A stretch of DNA of 32,000 nt from Candidatus Caldarchaeales archaeon (GCA_032249095.1 JAVVGN010000004.1:14420-46419), one strand, 5' to 3'; shown: positions 1 through 10,849, counted from the first letter of the stretch. The notes: a model not told the origin generated them from the letters alone. A program made the numbers and translations.

Positions 1-1
1 T

Positions 2-2173
<2,172 letters not shown>

Positions 2174-2181
2174 CTAATCTG

Positions 2182-2278
2182 TTTTATAACCATCTGGACT
2201 TTTTATAAAACATTTTACTGTCGGATCACTTCGCGTAGATTTAAGTTATATATGGAAGTTTAAGATACTTAAATATGT
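2182..2278. promoter_or_regulatory. Divergent promoter region between cdc48 and speD with several TATA-like boxes
   Basis: A/T-rich spacer with TTTTATAA (2182-2189), TTTTATAAAA (2201-2210) and TTATATAT (2246-2253). The boxes lie about 30-35 nt from the two divergent start codons, which is typical archaeal short-leader geometry. Confidence 0.5.
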
Positions 2279-2282
2279 CGCA

Positions 2283-2732
2283 ATGAGGGGTGGGAGCCGG
2301 GCTGGGCGCCTTAATGAGGCTACAAGGGGTGTCGGCAGGCACCTAATAGTAGAGTTGTTTGGATGTGACGATGATTTAATGAAGGACGCCTCCGGTCTCC
2401 TTAACCTCCTCGTGGAGGCTGCAGAGCAGAGCGGCGCAAGCATTGTCGGCAGATACGCCGAGAGGTTTGGGGGAGGTGGCGGTGTCTCGGCAATAGTCGT
2501 GATCAAGGAGAGCCATATCGCCATACACACTTGGCCTGAAATAAAGTACGCCTCTGTCGATATATTCACATGCGGCGAGAAGGCTGATCCTTGGAAAGCT
2601 TATGAAATAATAGTATCGAGGCTTAACCCGAGGGACAGCAGCGTCTTCGAGATAATTAGGGGGGTGGCCATCGACAGGCGTGTCAGCATCGGAGTCGAGA
2701 CCTATGAGAAACAGGCAAAGAGAGCGGAATAG
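2283..2732 (+). CDS. speD: Pyruvoyl-dependent S-adenosylmethionine decarboxylase proenzyme (SpeH/SpeD class); could instead be the crenarchaeal arginine decarboxylase paralogue
   Basis: Small ORF with HLIVELFGC near the N-terminus and the self-processing block VVIKESHIAIHTWPE followed by VDIFTCG. Confidence 0.85.
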   Translation: MRGGSRAGRLNEATRGVGRHLIVELFGCDDDLMKDASGLLNLLVEAAEQSGASIVGRYAERFGGGGGVSAIVVIKESHIAIHTWPEIKYASVDIFTCGEKADPWKAYEIIVSRLNPRDSSVFEIIRGVAIDRRVSIGVETYEKQAKRAE

Positions 2733-3633
2733 CGGACGTTGGTGGACAGAGTGGATCTCAGAAGACATACTTGAAGCCTATCGGGTCAGAGAGGTCGTTC
2801 ACGAGGAGCTGACTCCATATCAGCGCCTGTCAATCCTCGATACGGAGCCCTTTGGCAAGTGCCTCCTACTGGACGGAAAGATGCAGTCCTCACTACTCGA
2901 CGAACACATCTACCACGAGACGCTCGTTCACCCGGCCATGGTTATGCATGGGACTCCTAAAAGGGTGGCTGTGATCGGCGGTGGGGAGGGCAGTACGGTT
3001 CGTGAAGTTGCGCGATGGAAGACCGTTGAAGAGATCTACATGATTGACCTCGACCAGAGGGTCGTGGAACTCTGCAGAAGCCACCTCCCACAGCTCTCCT
3101 CGAATGTGTACGAAGATACACGGGTTAAGCTCGTCTATGAGGACGGCCGCAAGTGGCTCGAACGCTGGGACGGCAAGGCCCTAGACGTGATTATAGTCGA
3201 CGTAACAGACCCTCTCGAGGGTGGACCCTCCTATCTGCTCTATACCGAGGAGTTCTACAAGTTGGCATGGTCTAAGCTCTCGGATAGGGGTGTCCTCGCT
3301 ACCCAAGCAACCTCCCCCGTCCACAACCCATTCTCGTTCCACTCCATTAGGTTAACAGCCTCGAATGTTTTCCCCCGCGTATCTGAGCTTGTCTGCTTCA
3401 TGATCTCCTTCTCTGGACCGTGGGGGTTCATCTATGGATCAGGGTCGGGTGATGTTGCGCACCTAGAGAAGCAGGATGTCGACCGTATTCTCCGCGCGGC
3501 CAACGTCAGCGGTTTGAAGTTCTACTCGGGGGCTGTTCACAGGGCCCTAGTGGAGCTCACCAGGCACTATATCGGCTTAAGACCAGCCTCTCCGCGCATT
3601 ATCAGAGACTCCGCGCCTATCTTCATAAAATAG
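2680..3633 (+). CDS. speE: Spermidine synthase / aminopropyltransferase
   Basis: SILDTEPFGKCLLLDGKMQ, HETLVHP, the SAM loop VAVIGGGEGSTVRE and IIVDVTDP. The start is ambiguous (ATG 2680 or ATG 2704). The ORF overlaps the 3' end of speD. Confidence 0.9.
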   Translation: MSASESRPMRNRQRERNSGRWWTEWISEDILEAYRVREVVHEELTPYQRLSILDTEPFGKCLLLDGKMQSSLLDEHIYHETLVHPAMVMHGTPKRVAVIGGGEGSTVREVARWKTVEEIYMIDLDQRVVELCRSHLPQLSSNVYEDTRVKLVYEDGRKWLERWDGKALDVIIVDVTDPLEGGPSYLLYTEEFYKLAWSKLSDRGVLATQATSPVHNPFSFHSIRLTASNVFPRVSELVCFMISFSGPWGFIYGSGSGDVAHLEKQDVDRILRAANVSGLKFYSGAVHRALVELTRHYIGLRPASPRIIRDSAPIFIK

Positions 3634-4048
3634 GTCTCAGCCGCTTTTCCAAGACGTTCATTGTGGTCGGAGTCAGTTTGTACTGGTTGAGCTCGCGCAC
3701 CGGCACCCATCGAGCATCCTCCGCGTCTCCCCCAGGCCTAGGCTCTCCTCTAAGGTAGTATCCTCTAAAACAGACAACGACGTAGTGGTAAAGCAGCTCG
3801 CCACCCTCCCTATAGAGAACATCAACCACATCAACGATTTCGCCAGCCTCAATCTCGACACCCGTCTCCTCAAGCACCTCCCTCCGCACGGCATCCCTAA
3901 CCAGCTCGCCCCACTCAACCACACCCCCCGGGAGTGCCCAAAGCCCACGCGCCGGCTCCCGTCCACGCTTTACTAGCAGTATCGCGTCTTTGTAGACTAC
4001 CAGCGCGCTGCAGGCTGCGACGGCCACCTTAACCAAGGCCCTGCCCAC
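3623..4048 (-). CDS. Nudix hydrolase
   Basis: Exact Nudix box GVVEWGELVRDAVRREVLEETGV (G-x5-E-x7-REUxEExGU). GTG start at 4048. Confidence 0.85.
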   Translation of the reverse strand: MGRALVKVAVAACSALVVYKDAILLVKRGREPARGLWALPGGVVEWGELVRDAVRREVLEETGVEIEAGEIVDVVDVLYREGGELLYHYVVVCFRGYYLRGEPRPGGDAEDARWVPVRELNQYKLTPTTMNVLEKRLRPIL

Positions 4049-4128
4049 CGTTAACTAGAGATGGTTTGAGAGAAAAAGGTGTTATAGAAGGGGGTTTTGG
4101 GGGGATTAATGTGTAGACGCTAAAACCG

Positions 4129-4743
4129 TTAGATGGTCCTAGTCTCGGCTCCAGCCTCGCTGGCTTTCAACGTGTCTGGAATCTCCGGGAATGCCGTCTT
4201 CATTCTTTGAGCAGCAACCTCCGAGGCTTCCTGAAGGATCTTTTGGGCCTCGCCATCGCTAACCGACACGTTGATGATGGAGCCAGAGACGGTTCCGGCC
4301 TCTATTATCAGTCCTTCAAGCATTTCGTCGACATACTTTAGATTCTGTGCCACTTCAGGCACGATGCCGGCAAGGTCTGACTGAACCTGCCTGATTATGG
4401 CGGTCGCTGGCCCAAGAACGTGCATTACGTCGCCAAACTCCTTAACCGTCTCGAGCCTAAGTATTACCTTCTCAAGCGAGAGCTGGCTCCTCACGATGAT
4501 TCGCGACATCTTTCTCAACTGAGCTATCTCGTTGGCGTAGATCGTTGCTCTGCCAGAGTCACCCTCCTGCTGCGCCCGAACACACTGCTCGAAGAGTTCC
4601 TTCCCCCTCGCGACGAGGCGTTGAGCAGTCCTGTTCAGCTTCTCGGACTGGATCTTTAGGGCTGTTAAGATCTCGAGATAGCGGCTGTCAGAGGCCACGA
4701 ATCCCTTACCAGCCACCTGCTCCTTCTTGAACGGGTTCTTCAT
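4129..4743 (-). CDS. ESCRT-III (Snf7/CdvB-family) protein, short paralogue without a C-terminal winged helix
   Basis: 204 aa. Basic helical hairpin then an acidic tail. ELFEQCVRAQQEGDSGRATIYANEIAQLRKM...LEKVILRLETV...IVPEV matches my recollection of crenarchaeal CdvB proteins. Confidence 0.7.
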   Translation of the reverse strand: MKNPFKKEQVAGKGFVASDSRYLEILTALKIQSEKLNRTAQRLVARGKELFEQCVRAQQEGDSGRATIYANEIAQLRKMSRIIVRSQLSLEKVILRLETVKEFGDVMHVLGPATAIIRQVQSDLAGIVPEVAQNLKYVDEMLEGLIIEAGTVSGSIINVSVSDGEAQKILQEASEVAAQRMKTAFPEIPDTLKASEAGAETRTI

Positions 4744-4882
4744 CGACTTTCAATCCCCGCAAAGACCCGCTCAATGTATTTAGCTTTTGTACACGCCGTG
4801 CGGCAATACTCTCGAGGAAATACTTACGGATTCTGGGATATCTAAGAATAGCTTATAATTCGGTCTTGCCGCATTTTTTCAG

Positions 4883-5524
4883 ATGACAAGCACGGCCTCG
4901 ACCGCACTTATACTTACAGATTTCCCAGAAATAGCGGGAGTCCAGCGGGGAATTTACCGCGTGCTCGAGAAGCCCCTGATAGAGTATGTCCTTGAGGCGG
5001 TCCCTGACGAGGTGGATGAGATAATAATAGCGGCGGGTCGTGAGGAGGCGGGGAAGGCCTACGCCGATGTGGCGGAGAAGTATTTCGCCAAGCTCGAGAT
5101 ATATCCGCCGGGGCTTACTAGGGTCCTTAAAGAGAGCATGTCGAGCTCAAAGTCAGAGCGCTTCCTAATCCTACCCTGCGACTCACCCCTCCTCACACAG
5201 TCCTTCACAAAGTTCCTACTCGATGCCTGCGAGAAGTTTACGGCTGTTATCATAAGGGACGCGAATGGGAGGAGCGATTACCTCTTCTCTTGCTTCAGGA
5301 GGTTTGAGTTTCTTGAGGCCGCCGAGTCGGCGGGTAGTGAGGATATGGACTTGATAGTTCAGAGGATTAGAAACGCGATCTATTTTTACAGGCGCTCCCT
5401 AAGGTTTCTAGACGAGAAGCTTCTCTTCATGTTTAGGGTCACAAACGTCACCGACGCCAAAAGGGCTGAGCGCCTCCTAAGGGCCCGCCAAGGGGGAGAG
5501 TGGTATCGGGGGCCAGACATCTAG
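4883..5524 (+). CDS. MobA-like nucleotidyltransferase-fold protein (divergent)
   Basis: Layout resembles MobA/CofC-type NTP transferases (ALILTD... N-terminus, FLILPCDSPLL block). The glycine-rich NTP loop is not conserved. Confidence 0.4.
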   Translation: MTSTASTALILTDFPEIAGVQRGIYRVLEKPLIEYVLEAVPDEVDEIIIAAGREEAGKAYADVAEKYFAKLEIYPPGLTRVLKESMSSSKSERFLILPCDSPLLTQSFTKFLLDACEKFTAVIIRDANGRSDYLFSCFRRFEFLEAAESAGSEDMDLIVQRIRNAIYFYRRSLRFLDEKLLFMFRVTNVTDAKRAERLLRARQGGEWYRGPDI

Positions 5525-5603
5525 CACACCCCTCTTCTCAGCATACCGGTGATTAGGACGGGGCGATAGGGGGATTAATGTGGGACTCGTTTAGGCGGTT
5601 ATC

Positions 5604-5613
5604 CATTATATAT
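5604..5613 (+). promoter_or_regulatory. TATA box for the geranylgeranyl reductase gene
   Basis: CATTATATAT is centred about 28 nt upstream of the GTG start at 5637, giving leaderless-type spacing. Confidence 0.5.
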
Positions 5614-5636
5614 CGGGGCCCCGTATTCCATCTCCC

Positions 5637-7121
5637 GTGAATAGGGACTACGACGTTCTCGTGGTAGGGGGAGGCGTGGCAGGCGCCCACACCGCGATGG
5701 CGGTTGCCACACTATCGAGGGGGGGTCTGAGGGTCTGCCTGCTCGACAGGAACAGGGCTGACGAGTTCGGTAAGAAGACAAGGAGCGGTTGGTCCTGCGG
5801 CGACGCCGTGAGTAAGAAAAGCCTCGACTTTGCCTGCTCAAGCATAGGAGTATCCTATGGATACCCCGAGATCGAGCACAGGGTTGAGGGCGTGGTTGTC
5901 TACTCGCCGGACCACGAGTCTAGAATACTCTTCGACGGTGAGGGATACATCCTGAACAGAAGGGTATGGGCGCTTAAGCAGCTTGAGTACCTCGAGAGGA
6001 AGGGGGTTGAGGTTATCCACGAGTTTGATGCGAGGGGTCTAATCATTGATGATGGCTACGTGGTGGGGGTCTACGGCCAGAACACCAGGATGAAGCGGGA
6101 ACAAAGGATTACCGCTAAGGTTGTGGTTGACGCTACAGGCTCAGCCTCGATCCTCAGGTCAGGCCTATCAATCAGTAGCTTCATAGAGAGGGAGATAGAT
6201 AAGGATAACGACCTTATAGGGACTGGGCGCTACATCGTCGAGTTTGAGCGCGCCTCAGACGATGAGACCTGGTTTGACCCGAAATACTGCATTATCCATC
6301 TCGACCAAATTATTGCGCCGGGCGGGTACTCATGGGTCTTCCCGAAGGGGGAGACAAAGATGAATGTTGGGCTGGGCGTGATGAAGAAACTTCTCGACAA
6401 GAGAAACAAGCTTCTGCAGAGGAGCGACACACTGAAGAGCCTGATAGAGCAGTACATAGCGGCCAATAGGGCGATAGCCAGGCCTCGGCCATCCTCTTCC
6501 CCCCTCGACGCCGATAACACATTCAACATCTGGCAAGTCCCGGTTAGGAGGCAAAACGACTGCCTCGTTGCAAACGGATTCGCAATTATCGGAGACTCGG
6601 CTTGGATGCCTAGGCCCATTGATGCGGGCGGTATAGGCCCGGCATTAGAGGCTAGTGTCCTGCTCGGCAGGTGCTTGGTCGAGGCGGTCGAGTCGGGCGA
6701 CTTTAGCGAGGAGGCCCTATGGAGATACAATGTGGAGTACGTGAGGAGGAGGGGGTATCAGATGGCGAGCTTCGAGGTTCTCAGGAAATATCTACAAACC
6801 TTGACGAACGAGGAGATCAGCTTTGGGATGAAGTACTTCCTCTCGCAGGAGGATGTGGAAAGCATCAAGAGGAGAGAACATCCGAGGTTCCCCAGGCTTA
6901 ACAGCCTTATCCGCCTACTCCTTGACGCCGATCTGCGGAGGGCGGTGAGGCAGCGACCGCTGCTTGCTAAGGGGCTCAGGCTAACTGCTGAGAAGAGCAG
7001 GAGACTCATATCCCTCTACAACGAGTACCCGACGAGCCCTGTAGGCTTCGAGAGGTGGCACAGAAGGTTCATCGTGGAGTTGAGGGACGCGGTATCAAGA
7101 CTGGCTCCTCAAAGCCTCTAG
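5637..7121 (+). CDS. FAD-dependent geranylgeranyl reductase family oxidoreductase
   Basis: FAD dinucleotide fold YDVLVVGGGVAGAH, CGDAVS, and PGGYSWVFPKGETKMNVGLG typical of archaeal GGRs. GTG start. Confidence 0.8.
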   Translation: MNRDYDVLVVGGGVAGAHTAMAVATLSRGGLRVCLLDRNRADEFGKKTRSGWSCGDAVSKKSLDFACSSIGVSYGYPEIEHRVEGVVVYSPDHESRILFDGEGYILNRRVWALKQLEYLERKGVEVIHEFDARGLIIDDGYVVGVYGQNTRMKREQRITAKVVVDATGSASILRSGLSISSFIEREIDKDNDLIGTGRYIVEFERASDDETWFDPKYCIIHLDQIIAPGGYSWVFPKGETKMNVGLGVMKKLLDKRNKLLQRSDTLKSLIEQYIAANRAIARPRPSSSPLDADNTFNIWQVPVRRQNDCLVANGFAIIGDSAWMPRPIDAGGIGPALEASVLLGRCLVEAVESGDFSEEALWRYNVEYVRRRGYQMASFEVLRKYLQTLTNEEISFGMKYFLSQEDVESIKRREHPRFPRLNSLIRLLLDADLRRAVRQRPLLAKGLRLTAEKSRRLISLYNEYPTSPVGFERWHRRFIVELRDAVSRLAPQSL

Positions 7122-8201
7122 AACCTCTGTCAGGGCCGAGAGAAAGAGATCGTTATGCCTCTTCAGGCCGATAGTGACTCTGAGACAGTTCTCAACGTGC
7201 CTGTCGCCCGACAGCTTCCGGACCACGATCCCCCTCCTGAGAAGCCCCTCATAGACCCTCCCCGCATCAACATCCTCGAACCTCATGAGTAAGAAATTAG
7301 CCGCCGAGGCGAAGGTCTTCACACCAATTCTCTTGAGCTCAGCTGCCACCCTTTCACGCTCGTTCGAGACACGGCGGACAACCCTCCTCACATAGGCTCT
7401 ATACCTCAACGCGATCTTCGCCAATTCTATATTCATTACACCGAGGCTGTTGGGGGGCCTCGCCCTGTTTATCAGCCTTGCAGTCTCGCGGCTTGACAAG
7501 ATGTACCCAATCCTAGCTCCAGCCAGCCCAAAGGCCTTGGAAAGCGTCCTGACCACCACGACGTTTTCGTGCCTCTCGGTCAAGGGCTCGGCCGTCTGTC
7601 CGCAGTACTCATAGTAGGCCTCATCAACGACTATGCACGCATCAGTCTCTGACGAGACCTTCTCTATCACCGAAGGGGGTGTGAGGTTGCCGGTTGGGTT
7701 GTTTGGGCTGCATAAAAAGACTATGCCAACCCGCGGGTCAAGGGATGAGAGTATCGCGTCGACGTCATCCTCTAGGTCCTGCTTCCTGCTTATCCGAACG
7801 AACTCGGCACCCTGTAACTCCGTGGCAATCCTGAAGTAGCTGTAGGTTGGGACCGAGGCCAAGGCCCTCATACCCTTTTCCAAAAACACTCTGGAGAGGA
7901 TGTCGATCGCCTCGTCCGCCCCGTTCGTAGGTATGATAGCCTCGGGATCGTGTCCCGTGTACTCGGCTATAGCCTCCCTAAGTGCCCTGTAGCTAGTATC
8001 GGGGTACTCGTTTACTCTAAGATCTGGAAGCATTCGCGAAAGGCGTATCAAAGCCTCGTTGGGCTTGATCGGTGAGGTGTTGAGGTCAAGCCTCACTATC
8101 CTCTGTGGGGGGAGTCCGACGCCCCTCGCTATCTCCTCAGTGGACGGCTCCCAAGTATAGGGCTCAAAACCCTCAAACATCTCCCTCCGACGAAGCGGCA
8201 T
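7095..8201 (-). CDS. hisC: Histidinol-phosphate aminotransferase (class II PLP aminotransferase)
   Basis: LCSPNNPTGN, VVDEAYYEY and the PLP-lysine block TLSKAFGLAGARIGY. Confidence 0.85.
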   Translation of the reverse strand: MPLRRREMFEGFEPYTWEPSTEEIARGVGLPPQRIVRLDLNTSPIKPNEALIRLSRMLPDLRVNEYPDTSYRALREAIAEYTGHDPEAIIPTNGADEAIDILSRVFLEKGMRALASVPTYSYFRIATELQGAEFVRISRKQDLEDDVDAILSSLDPRVGIVFLCSPNNPTGNLTPPSVIEKVSSETDACIVVDEAYYEYCGQTAEPLTERHENVVVVRTLSKAFGLAGARIGYILSSRETARLINRARPPNSLGVMNIELAKIALRYRAYVRRVVRRVSNERERVAAELKRIGVKTFASAANFLLMRFEDVDAGRVYEGLLRRGIVVRKLSGDRHVENCLRVTIGLKRHNDLFLSALTEVLEALRSQS

Positions 8202-8254
8202 CAGCGTTCTTCGGAGATAAGGCTAAAGAGTCGTTGAGATATAGTTTGCGGGGA

Positions 8255-9562
8255 GTGGACAAGCCAAAGACACTGGTGATCGGGATAGACGATACTGACT
8301 CAAAGAGGGCCATGTGCACTACCTACGTGGGTGCGGTTGCGTTACGCGAGTTGGAGAAGAGGGGGTTCACACGCGCCGATCATCCACACCTCGTGCGGCT
8401 AAACCCCAACTGTCCCTACAAGACTAGGGGGAACGCGGCTGTCGCCCTCCTCATCTCAGCACAGGAGGGGCAGGAGGATGAGGTAGAGTCCGTCGTCGCC
8501 TCGACGGTTGAGAGGCTGGCCGACATGGAGTGTGAGGGCACCGACCCTGGGATAGTCATGGCCTGGGAGGAGGAGGCCGGGCTGCTTCGCGAGGTCTATT
8601 GGAAGGCGCTCGTCGAGATCGTGGAGTTAGGGGATGTTAGGAGGCTTCTCAAGGATTTGGGCATACGGTTTAGATGCTACGGCGAGGGTAGGGGTATAGT
8701 TGGAGCGGCGGCCGCCGTGGGCGCCGACCCCTCGACCCTGATGACTTACGAGGCGATAGCATACCGTGTCCCCTCCAAGTGGGGGAGTGAGAGGCTCGTT
8801 GATGCTGAGAGCGTCGTTGAGATGGATAGGGCGCTCCGCGACTTCACGTTTGACAACTATGACTACGAGAAGGGTGAGGTAAGGATCACCCCACACACTC
8901 CCTGCCCCGTGCTGGCTGGTGTGCGGGCGGTGACTGATGCGCATGCGAGGGCGGGTTTGATGATGGTGAGGTTTCTCGAACCAATAGACTTCTTGGAGGT
9001 CTTTAGGACAAACCAAGCGACAGACAGCCACTACTTACCCTCATCAGTAGCTGCCGCCAAGCCTCTCACATCCTGCGCCATTCGCGGAGTCATCTCAGAG
9101 CCGCCCAGAATGACGGTGGGCGGCCACGTCTTCACGAAGCTCAGGGACTCTACAGGAGAGATAACCCTCGCCGCATACTATCCGACCGGGAGCTTCAGGG
9201 AGGCGGTCCTAAACTTGGCTCCCGGCGATGAGGTCATAGTGTACGGCGCGGTGAAGCCTAAGCCCCAGGGCCTAACCTTGAATCTCGAGAAGCTACACAT
9301 CGTGAGGCTTGAGCCCAAGTATGTTGTCGAGGCGCCTAGATGCCCCAACTGCTCCTCGGGGAGCAGGATGAAGAGCATGGGGCGTGGTAAAGGTTACAGG
9401 TGTGAGAAGTGTGGCTTCAGGGATCCGAACGCCGTCCCACGGAGGATTCCTGTCCCTAGGGCTGTGGCGCAGGGCATATACGAGGTGGCCGTATCTGCAC
9501 GGCGGCACTTGGTGATGCCTGAGAAGCTCAGGCTATTGAGAAGTCATTACCAGCATCGTTAG
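8255..9562 (+). CDS. tiaS: tRNA(Ile2) 2-agmatinylcytidine synthetase TiaS
   Basis: N-terminal LVIGIDDTDSKRAMCTTYVG, a central OB-like region, and a C-terminal zinc ribbon CPNCSSGSRMKSMGRGKGYRCEKCG. Likely start is GTG 8255 or TTG 8246. The ORF-track start at 8105 lies inside hisC. Confidence 0.85.
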   Translation: MDKPKTLVIGIDDTDSKRAMCTTYVGAVALRELEKRGFTRADHPHLVRLNPNCPYKTRGNAAVALLISAQEGQEDEVESVVASTVERLADMECEGTDPGIVMAWEEEAGLLREVYWKALVEIVELGDVRRLLKDLGIRFRCYGEGRGIVGAAAAVGADPSTLMTYEAIAYRVPSKWGSERLVDAESVVEMDRALRDFTFDNYDYEKGEVRITPHTPCPVLAGVRAVTDAHARAGLMMVRFLEPIDFLEVFRTNQATDSHYLPSSVAAAKPLTSCAIRGVISEPPRMTVGGHVFTKLRDSTGEITLAAYYPTGSFREAVLNLAPGDEVIVYGAVKPKPQGLTLNLEKLHIVRLEPKYVVEAPRCPNCSSGSRMKSMGRGKGYRCEKCGFRDPNAVPRRIPVPRAVAQGIYEVAVSARRHLVMPEKLRLLRSHYQHR

Positions 9563-9769
9563 CGTCGACCTGACCTTCTCCAGCCTTCTAATATTCCATG
9601 AGACGATCTCCTTCAGCTTGTCCATCGACTCCGCCTCAACTTTGGCCACTATATCGTAAACACCGTACACTAGGTAGGCCTCCTTTATGGAGGGCATCTG
9701 CTTAAGCTGCTGCAGAACCTCCTCCTCTGCGCCAATCTCTGTGTTTATCAGGACGAAAGCCAGCGGCAT
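9533..9769 (-). CDS. Stand-alone Lrp/AsnC ligand-binding (RAM) domain protein
   Basis: 78 aa. FVLINTEIGAEEEVLQQLKQMPSIKEAYLVYGVYDIVAKVEA is the typical AsnC-type effector-domain fold pattern. TATA CTATATATTC lies about 31 nt upstream. Confidence 0.75.
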   Translation of the reverse strand: MPLAFVLINTEIGAEEEVLQQLKQMPSIKEAYLVYGVYDIVAKVEAESMDKLKEIVSWNIRRLEKVRSTLTMLVMTSQ

Positions 9770-9821
9770 CCGAGCCCAATCCAGCTACCACGCGCTATAT
9801 ATTCTTTCCCTAAGCCCGAAG

Positions 9822-10081
9822 GGGACTGTCGAGTTGGTATTACCTCTTCTCCTCCTGCCCTGATGATGTTGTGCATCGCTGCAGTTGCAGCTACCAAATC
9901 TTCTAGGCTCTTCAATGTCTTCGAGTTCACGTTGTTGTAGAACCTCTTCGTCCTATTCTTCAATTCCCTGAACCACCTATGGAACCGAGAGAGACTGGCT
10001 AACGAGCTCAGTACCGCATCGATGACGAGCATCATGGCCAGAGACTCATCCCAAAAGGCTTAAGTAAAACTTGTCAGTACC
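9822..10081 (-). mobile_element. Internally deleted (MITE-like) derivative of the IS6-family element found at 19739-20433
   Basis: Both ends align by eye with the ends of the 19.7-kb copy: left TGTCGAGTTGGTATTACCTCTTC..., right ...CATCATGGCCAGAGACTCATCCCAAAAGGCTTAAGTAAAACTTGTCAGTACC. About 440 bp of the interior is missing. Imperfect terminal IRs GGTAYTGWCAAGTT. Confidence 0.85.
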
Positions 10082-10247
10082 CTAATAACTACCAAGAAAA
10101 AAATATACTACACTCCGTCACGCATAGAAGCCTTAGAGAAGGAGAGGCCTAAACTAAGACACATACTAGGCATAGAACACGGAAACATACCAATACAGTT
10201 GGACTTGTGGGGAAATGAGGTAATATTCAGGGGAAAAGGACAGACAA
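10082..10247 (-). repeat. Repeat B, copy 1 (about 166 bp), inverted relative to copy 2 at 15338-15525
   Basis: The reverse complement starts with TTGTCTGTCCTTTTCCCCTGAATATT, identical over 26 nt to 15338-15363. It stays alignable through ...CTTGGTAGTTATTAG, roughly four-fifths identity by eye. No ORF. Confidence 0.85.
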
Positions 10248-10286
10248 CACTATGTGGGTATCCTCCACAATAGTCTAAGAACTTTA

Positions 10287-10396
10287 ATGTCGGGTGGGCG
10301 TGTCCAACTCCTGTTTGGTATTTATAAACTTCAAAGCTACACTTATAAGTAATCGTAGGAAGAGTTTACAAATCATTGGACACGCCCATGTCGGGT
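10287..10396. mobile_element. 92-bp MITE-like insertion with perfect 12-bp terminal inverted repeats and a 9-bp target-site duplication
   Basis: ATGTCGGGT (10287-10295), GGGCGTGTCCAA (10296-10307), a 68-bp A/T-rich core, TTGGACACGCCC (10376-10387), ATGTCGGGT (10388-10396). Confidence 0.75.
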
Positions 10397-10575
10397 AGGG
10401 TTTTAAATAGTGGTCAACCTAACTTAGCCTCCGTAAGCAATGGCTGTAAAGTCTATAGTGTTCCCACAGTGTACGTCCTGTAACAGGCCGATAACGCCTG
10501 ATATGCGTGCTGTAAGTTTTCCGTGTCCGAGCTACGCTGATGTGACGATGAGCAGTGACTGGGGGTTAGCTCTCC

Positions 10576-10827
10576 GTGAAGCACCCCGCTAAGGTCAAGT
10601 TGGCCCTCACGGTCACTGACGCTGACGTACTCTACAGGGCGCTCCTGCCCGAGCTAAGCTCTCTGCCCACAAAGAGAGCTAGAGTGCGCCTAGAGAAGAG
10701 TGAGGATAGGATGCTTCTAGAAGTGGAGGCAGAGGACCTCGTCGCTCTGCGGGCTGTAGTGAATACTTATCTCCGGTGGATTTCCTCAGCGAGGAGGTGC
10801 CTCGAGGTTCTGGAACACTTTTACTGA
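10576..10827 (+). CDS. pcc1: KEOPS complex subunit Pcc1
   Basis: 83 aa. DADVLYRALLPE ... LEVEAEDLVALRAVVNTYLRWISSA matches the Pcc1 signature (ALRxxxNSYLRWI). GTG start. Confidence 0.8.
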   Translation: MKHPAKVKLALTVTDADVLYRALLPELSSLPTKRARVRLEKSEDRMLLEVEAEDLVALRAVVNTYLRWISSARRCLEVLEHFY

Positions 10828-10840
10828 GGGCACCCACGCC

Positions 10841-10849
10841 TTTTATATA
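10841..10849 (+). promoter_or_regulatory. TATA box of radA
   Basis: TTTTATATA lies 27-35 nt upstream of the radA ATG at 10876. Confidence 0.6.

Noticed and set aside
4100-4113. The 14-mer GGGGGATTAATGTG is present in two intergenic regions (also at 5569-5582); considered as a shared regulatory site.
   Set aside because: With both strands considered, a few exact 14-mer repeats are expected by chance in 32 kb. Orientation relative to the neighbouring genes is inconsistent and the flanks diverge.
8105-8254. A 50-codon N-terminal extension of the TiaS ORF as given in the ORF track.
   Set aside because: It lies antisense inside the 5' end of hisC, has shadow-like composition, and precedes the conserved TiaS N-terminus (LVIGIDDTDS). 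In-frame TTG 8246 and GTG 8255 are better starts.
9748-10035. A 95-aa ORF treated as an ordinary gene.
   Set aside because: It is the fused stump of the IS6 transposase in the deleted element, extended by read-through into flanking DNA and into the Lrp-like gene start.
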